Positions 56,611 through 64,000 of a DNA stretch of 64,000 bases are shown here, one piece after another. The translations under genes were made by a program, and so were the position numbers. Source of the DNA: Octopus sinensis (lineage: Eukaryota); assembly GCF_006345805.1 (NCBI RefSeq), contig NC_043018.1:7502001-7566000 (forward strand), in the 5' to 3' direction. Under the pieces are notes generated by a model. The model did no database searches and had not been told where the DNA came from. It worked only from the letters and a program-made list of their open reading frames with translations. Every line of letters begins with the position of its first letter. The first letter of the stretch is position 1.

Positions 56611-56665
56611 GGCGGTGCCCCAGCATGGCCACGGCTCGTGAGCTGAAACTAGATAAAATATAAAA
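56611..56665 (+). mobile_element. Isolated CR1/L2-like LINE (or SINE) 3' tail
   Basis: GGCGGTGCCCCAGCATGGCCACGGCTCGTGAGCTGAAACTAGATAAAATA, similar to 4209-4253. Confidence 0.65.
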
Positions 56666-57194
56666 TATATAAAATATAATAGACATATACGTATATACTG
56701 CTATATGTACGTGTGTACATACCTTTCTGTGTTTGTATGTGTAAGCGAGGTTATACGGCTATACACACACATATATATAGACAGATATAGATAGATAGAT
56801 ACATACATACATACACACACATGCAAATATACAGTTCTATATGTACGTGTGTTTATGTGCGTGAGCGTGTGTAATTGTATCTTGGGAGGGTCATATTGTC
56901 AATACACTCACTGTTCTATTTCATTTCGTTTTATTACTATTATTAATCAACTAGCTAACTAATTCGCCAATTAAGTAATTAACTCTCGGATTGCTTCACT
57001 AATCCTTTGATCAGATCGCATACAATTTGGATACAGCGTAACATACGTACAATGACGAGGGCGTATCATTGAAGCAGTCGCAAATAACGAGGAAACGAGA
57101 AGAAATCGATAAATGATCAAACGATCAGTCAAGCCAGCCATCAGTTAAGTGGCTAATTAGTTAACTAGTTGATTAATAACAACATTAATAATAA

Positions 57195-57420
57195 CAACAA
57201 TAATGTGGGGCATGAGAGTGAAAACAGTACCACGATTGGAGTATTATGCCTGATTTTAAAAATACGGAAAGGAAAATAGAAGCCATACCAGGGCTCACAA
57301 CATGATACTCTGCCTAGAAAACAGCTCTGCTAGAAATAGCCCTCATGTTGCATAAGACGATGTCAATTCAATAGATTAGCTCAAATAGAGCAATCTTTAC
57401 ATACAACACACATCCTATAT
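57195..57420 (+). pseudogene. Decayed R4/Dong 3' end
   Basis: MWGMRVKTVP..KTALLEIALMLHKTMSIQ* parallels KIALLGTAHILRRTLSIQ* at 55470. Confidence 0.6.
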
Positions 57421-57433
57421 AATAAGCATTTAA

Positions 57434-57764
57434 TCTCTACATATATAAACGGCAAAATGTCTGGGTGCGTGTCCTTTATACAAATCCACAATTTTTCAGC
57501 TAGAGCGCTCGTACTTTCTATGGTTATTCAAAACCAACCGAGAGTGGCCGTGCACATCTTTACATTTCCCCAGTCACCTGCAGTAGGCCAACAGGAGGAG
57601 TCTACATTCTACCAATCCCACAAAAATTAGAACAGGGAGATCCAACGGTTGATATAGTATGAAACTCGCATAAAATTTCCGAAAAAATCCTAATTCTTTC
57701 TAATACAAACACATCACCTGAAATTTTATAAAGGAAGGAGGCTAGTCGACTATACCAAAGCTAG
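57434..57764 (+). mobile_element. Non-autonomous Helitron
   Basis: A|TC..TATATAAA 5' end, TAGTCGACTA palindrome, CTAG|T 3' end. Confidence 0.55.
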
Positions 57765-58664
57765 TCATCAACTGGTTCATCATTTAATAAACTCAAAAAC
57801 ATGAAAGGCAAATTCGACCTCAACAGCATCAGAATTTAGAACGTATAGACGGGCGGAATACTGCTAAGCATTTTGGCTGATGTGCAACTGGATAATAATA
57901 ATCTAATAATTATTCTGCCTGTCATTTCGTTACTTAGCCCGTTGGCAACGCTTTCATGTGATTAGAGAAAAGGGGGAGAAAGAAGATAGAGAGAAAGAGA
58001 AAAGAGGGAGAGAGAAGCGTCCATGATGTGAAGCATAGGGAATGCAATTGTAGCGTTTTCACGCAATTAGTTGAAGGGAAGGAGAGGAGAAAGAAAAAGG
58101 AGAGCGAAAAAGAGGATAAAGCGAAGAGTGAGACAGAAAGAAGGAAGAAAGAAAGAGAGAAAGAAAGCAACACGGAGATAGAGAAAGAGGGAGAGAGAAG
58201 CGTCCATGACGTGAGGTAGGGGGAACGTAGCATTTATTACGTGGTTAAAAATGTTAATTGAAGGCAGTAATAATATCGAGGAGGAAAGTGAAAAATATAA
58301 TTTTAGCAGAGCGGTGATGTTCTGATGGTGAGATTAAAGAAAGACAGAGAGAGAGAGGAAAGACAGAGGTGGTGGTGGTTGGCGGCGGCGGCGGCGGCGG
58401 CGGCGGCGATGGTAGTGGTGGTGGTGGAGGTGGTGGTGGTGGTGGTGGTGGTGGTGGTTGGCGGCGGCGGCGGCGGCGGTGGCAGTTGCGATGTTGCTGA
58501 TTGGACAGTGAAAAGTGTATTTCTTTTTTAATTGAACAAAGGTTTTTATATCACCTATCACTTAACGCATGCGCATAAGTGCAATTCCGTGAAATATTCA
58601 CGCTTATTTACGTGGCAGCTATATGCAATTTGACAAAAGGTTGTATCATATTCTTTCTTTTATT

Positions 58665-58902
58665 CTTTTACTTGCTTCAGTCATTTGACTGCGGCCATAC
58701 TGGAGCACTGCCTTTAGTCGAGCAAATCGACCCCAGGACTTATTCTTTGTAAGTCTAGTGCTTATACTATCGGTCTATTTTGCCAAACCGCAAAGTTACG
58801 GGGTCATAAGCACACCAACATCGGTTGTCGAGCGATGACAGGGGGGACAAACACAGACACACAAACATACACACACACACACACACACACACACCACACA
58901 CA

Positions 58903-58967
<65 letters not shown>

Positions 58968-59135
58968 CATATATACGACAGGCTTCTTTCAGTTTCTGTC
59001 TACCAAATCCACTCACAAGGCTTTGGTCGGTTCGAGGCTATAGTAGAAGATATGCCCAAAGTGCCACGCAGTGGGACTGAACCCGGAACCATTTGGTTGG
59101 TAAGCAAGCTACTTACCACACAGCTGCTCCTGCGC
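58665..59135 (-). mobile_element. Full-length SINE S1 with internal (CA)n(TA)n
   Basis: Homology to S1. Confidence 0.9.
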
Positions 59136-59199
59136 CTATATGTAAGAGATTTTTTAATGAGAAAAATGGCAAAATAAAAGTGAAGAAATAGAGGAGGAA

Positions 59200-59660
59200 A
59201 AGCAAGGTGATTAACATATGAGAGAGAGAGGGTGAGGAGAGAGAGTGAGGAGAGAGAAGGTGAGGAGAGAGAGGGTGAGGAGAGAGAAGATGAGTAGATT
59301 CATCGTCTTTCTCCATTTGTCCCCGTCTCTTCTTACTCTCCTCTTCTTTCTTTCTCTCTTCAATATTCTCTTCTGCCCGTTTTATGGCCTCTCTTTCTCT
59401 CCTTCCCTCTCTCCTTCCTTCTCTCCCTCTTTCTCTCTCTCACTACTCTCTCTCTCTCTCTCTCTCTTCCTGTATATCTGCCTTAAAGTCAGTAAGTGTA
59501 TGAGCCTCTCTCTTTTTCACTATCTCTCGATCGATCGATCTATCTGTCTGTCTGTGTGTCTGTGTATCTGGCTGTCTTTCTAACTACCTACATACATATC
59601 TAACTACATATCTATCTATCTATTTAACTATCTATCTATCTATCTATCCATCTATCTTAC

Positions 59661-59715
<55 letters not shown>

Positions 59716-59781
59716 CCAACCTATCTATCTATCTGCCTATCTATCTGCCTATCTATCTCTCTATCTTACCTATCTCTCTAC

Positions 59782-59862
<81 letters not shown>

Positions 59863-60086
59863 GATCTATCTATCTATCTATCTTACCTATCTGTCTCTCT
59901 ATCTTACCTATCTATCTATCTATCTATCTATCTATATGTCTGTCTGTCTGTCTGTCTGTTCCTCTCCCTGTCTCTCTCCCAATTATTCTGTTTATCACTT
60001 GAGCAATCTATGTATCTTTCTATCTCTCTATCCATCTATGTATCTGCCTACATCCATGCCTCTCTCCCTCTCTCCCTTCTCTCTCT

Positions 60087-60124
<38 letters not shown>

Positions 60125-60282
60125 CATCTATCTATCTATCTACATATCTAACTGCTTCTCTGTATATTTCTATGAGAAAAGAAGATTACCATAGATGAGT
60201 GTGTATAGAAAAAAGAAGCAGGAATAACGGGAATAGGTGAAATGTGGTTGTGTAGAACGAGTATACTGTGTGAGAAAGAGGA

Positions 60283-60314
<32 letters not shown>

Positions 60315-61728
60315 CGAGAGAGAGAGAGAGAGAAAGAAAGAGAAAAAGAGAGAAACATATATATAGAGAGAAACATAGAGAGAGAGAAACATAGAGAGAG
60401 AGAGAAATAGAGAGAGAAAAATAGTAAGAGAGAAACAGAGAGAGAGAGAAACAAAGAGGGAGCAGGCTGTGAGTATATGTAAGAGAGATTGAAAGAGAGA
60501 AAGAAAGAGAAAGTGCTGTGTGTGTCTATGTGAGAGTGTATGTGTGTGCGCGTGTGCGTGTATGTGCGTTTGAGTATGTATGTGTACGTGCATGTATATG
60601 CATGTGTGTGTATGTGGTCTATGTGTGTATGAGTGCGTGTGTGAGTGTGAGTGTGTGTGTGTGAGTGTGTGTGTGTGTGCGTGACTGTGTGTGTGCGTGT
60701 GAGTATGTATGTGTGCGTGCATGTATATGCATGTGTGTGTATGTGGTCTATGTGTGTGTGTGCGTGTGTGTGAGTGTGAGTGTGTGTGTGTGAGTGTGTG
60801 TGTGTGTGTGCGTGACTGTGTGTGTGCGTTTGAGTATGTATGTGTACGTGCATGTATATGCATGTGTGTGTATGTGGTCTATGTGTGTGTGTGTGTGTGT
60901 GTGTGTTTGTGTGTGAGTGTGTGGTGTGTGCGTATTTGTCTAGGTATCTATATGTGAATGTGTAAGAGACAGAGAAAAGAAAGAGTGGAAAAGCGGACAT
61001 GTGTGTCTGTGTGTATGTGTGTATGTGTGTTTGTGTGTGTGTTTGCATTTGTGTGCATGTGCGTTTGTGCGTGAAAGAGAGAGAGGGAGAGAGAGGGAGA
61101 GACAGACAGACAGACAGACAAACACACAGACAGCATAAGTGTGAAAGAGAGGGAAAAGTGAAAGAGGGAGAGAAAATCCACTGGTATAGAGTGTGTGTGA
61201 GTGTGTATGCATAGAATAATGTGTGAGTGTATGAGAGTATGTATATGAAAGACTATGTGTGAGTGTGTATGCGTATGAGATAATGTATGGGTGTGTACGT
61301 GGGAAAAGGTATGCGAGGTTGTGGATATTAATGTGTGTGTGTGTGTGTGTGCTTGTAGATATAATTGCATGTGTGTGTGAAGAGTCGTGTGCGGGCGTGT
61401 GTGTGAGTGTGTGTATGATTGTGTATTAGTGTGTGTGTATCTATACGCACACACCCACACAAACACAGATATACATTTGCGGGTGAGTGTTCATTTATAC
61501 ATATGCACAGACGTATGAATATATATGTGTGCATGTGTGTGGTTGTGCGTGAGTGTGTATGCATGTATGCATGCATGCGTATATATATATATATATATAC
61601 ATACATACACACACACATATATATATATATGTATATATGCATTAGAAATTTTTTTACTTTTGCCCTTTTTTATAAGTTGTATATATATATATGTGTGTGT
61701 TGTGTGTGTTTAGTATAAAAATACATAT

Positions 61729-61807
<79 letters not shown>

Positions 61808-62330
61808 ATGTAAACACACACATCCCTATACATACCTGCGTACATACGTATATACGCGTATGCGTGTGTATATTTGTGTGTTTATATATGCATACATATA
61901 AATATATGTATATATGTACAGACACAAACACGTACACACACACACATACATACATACATACATACATACATACATAGATACATACATACATACATACATA
62001 CATACATACACACACACACATACATACATACATACACACATACATACACACACAAAAAACAAACAAAATACATCATACATGCGCATACATACATACATAC
62101 ATGCATACATACATACATACATACATACAAACATACACACATACATACTACATACATACATACATACATACATAAACATACACACACATATACATACATA
62201 CATACTTATATACATACATACATACACACATACATACATACATACACACACACATACACACATACACACATACATACATACATACACAACACATACACAC
62301 ACACACATATATACATACATACTTACATTA
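59200..62330. repeat. Compound CT/CTAT/GA/GT/TACA microsatellite block with ~130-bp higher-order repeat x3 (60572, 60701, 60832)
   Basis: GAGTATGTATGTG..CATGTATATGCATGTGTGTGTATGTGGTCTATG recurs three times. Confidence 0.9.
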
Positions 62331-62707
62331 GGGAAAGACAGAAGTAAGATGGCGCACAGTTGAAGGTAAAGAAACGGAAAGAGCCAAAAGGAAGAGGGGA
62401 GAAACAACGCGCTCCCATTTGACGACTGCAATATATCAGCGATATGAATATTTTATTTCCATAAATATCCTCCATAAAGATATTACTGTATTTGTTATCA
62501 ATTTATATTGCTTTGTCATGGAATATTACTGTGTTCTCAAGCCAGCATCTGTCTTCATTTTTCATCTTAAAATCCTTTCCTCAAACTATAAAAGCTTGGC
62601 ACGACATTTACATATGTACGTATATGGATATGTGTGTGTGTATGTGTGGGTTGTGTTCGTGTTGTCTGTGTATAAATATATTAGATTTATATACATAATA
62701 TATATAT

Positions 62708-62755
<48 letters not shown>

Positions 62756-63007
62756 TATATATAATATATATATATATATAATGATATCTGCCTATCTATT
62801 TATCTAATCTTATCCCCATCTTTCTGCAATTATATATATATATATATATATATATACTCAACGCTCTTTAGGCTTATATATGCATGTATACTTATACAAT
62901 AATCATAATATATATATTATATATATAATATATATATATATTGCATATATTATATACATATATATACATATAATACATATATATACATATATATATATCC
63001 TATATAC

Positions 63008-63091
<84 letters not shown>

Positions 63092-63651
63092 TGTATATAT
63101 ATATATATGCATTATATATATATCTTTTTTGGGTTATTCCTCTATCTGCGTCTGTATATGTATCACTCTTCTTCTTCCAACATGTCATTACATCGCACGA
63201 TAAATTCCTTCCTTCTCAGTCTCAGAATTAATTTCCTTCTGTAGACATAGGCTCCGCTGTATTTTAAAGAATTTTAAAACCGACACGAATAAGCGAATGG
63301 ATTTTACTTGAAAGATGGCAAAAATAAGGACGCACAGAGTCGCTCCCCTTACTTTTCTCAACCTCAGCACGGAACTTCCAAATCAGTTATGTATATATAT
63401 ATATATATGTATATATATACCGAATGCACTCGAGTATAAGTGGCGCCCCCAGTTTTTTTCAGTTAAAATCAAGTATGAAATAGTGCAACTTATGCATGTG
63501 TAATTATGGTATATATGTCTGTATGTCTGTCTGTATGTATGTACATATATATATTTATGTATATATACACACACGCACACATGCACATATACATACTACA
63601 TATATCGAGTGTGTTATGTTTATGCATCAGTGATTGTATGTATGTATGTAT

Positions 63652-63711
<60 letters not shown>

Positions 63712-63714
63712 TAT

Positions 63715-63965
63715 TCTGGGTATGAGTAAGTATCTCATTTATTTATTTTGCCACATGTCCACTGACGAAGAGAGGGCTCTTAGTAGCTAACTCTGAAATC
63801 GGTCCGATATGGTAATAATGGAATTTTTTAGAAATTTCTGTCGACCTTTTTTCGAGTATCGTGCGTTTTGTGAAAAAATTAAATGGTTATGGACAATATG
63901 TCCAATTTTTCGGCATATTTGGCATTAGAAATATTTTTTTCCCTAGCCCTCATTTATGAAATATA
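63715..63965 (+). mobile_element. PLE-type terminal repeat (family A) with hammerhead 63756-63809
   Basis: CTGACGA-AGAG..CTCT-GAAA-TCGG-TC; homologous to the reverse complement of 32785-32990; ends in (TA)n. Confidence 0.75.
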
Positions 63966-64000
63966 CGTATATATATATTATATATTTATATATATATATA

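Overview
Repeat-saturated, non-coding eukaryotic DNA, most likely from an octopus or other coleoid cephalopod. The organism call is an inference from the tRNA-derived SINE families and the extreme (TA)n/(CA)n/(AAT)n load. No host protein-coding exon could be supported. Nearly all ORFs in the supplied track are microsatellite read-throughs, and the real coding remnants are transposon-derived: R4/Dong-type LINEs (one near-complete, nested in (TAA)n), a Penelope-like element (RT + GIY-YIG), RTE, CR1/L2-like and Tx1 3' ends, mariner and Tc1 relics, a Gypsy GPY/F fragment, Helitron/Helentron derivatives and MITEs. The most striking structure the ORF track does not show is a dense set of about 15-20 minimal type I hammerhead ribozyme motifs. 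They belong to many unrelated sequence families, nearly all have a palindromic stem III, and they sit in Penelope-type terminal repeats that often abut (TA)n and form inverted repeats. One family carries the compensatory U3:A8 core. Also notable are a 6-unit SINE concatemer with exact junctions and several fold-back duplications. Two 100-N assembly gaps are present. All alignments and folds were done by eye.
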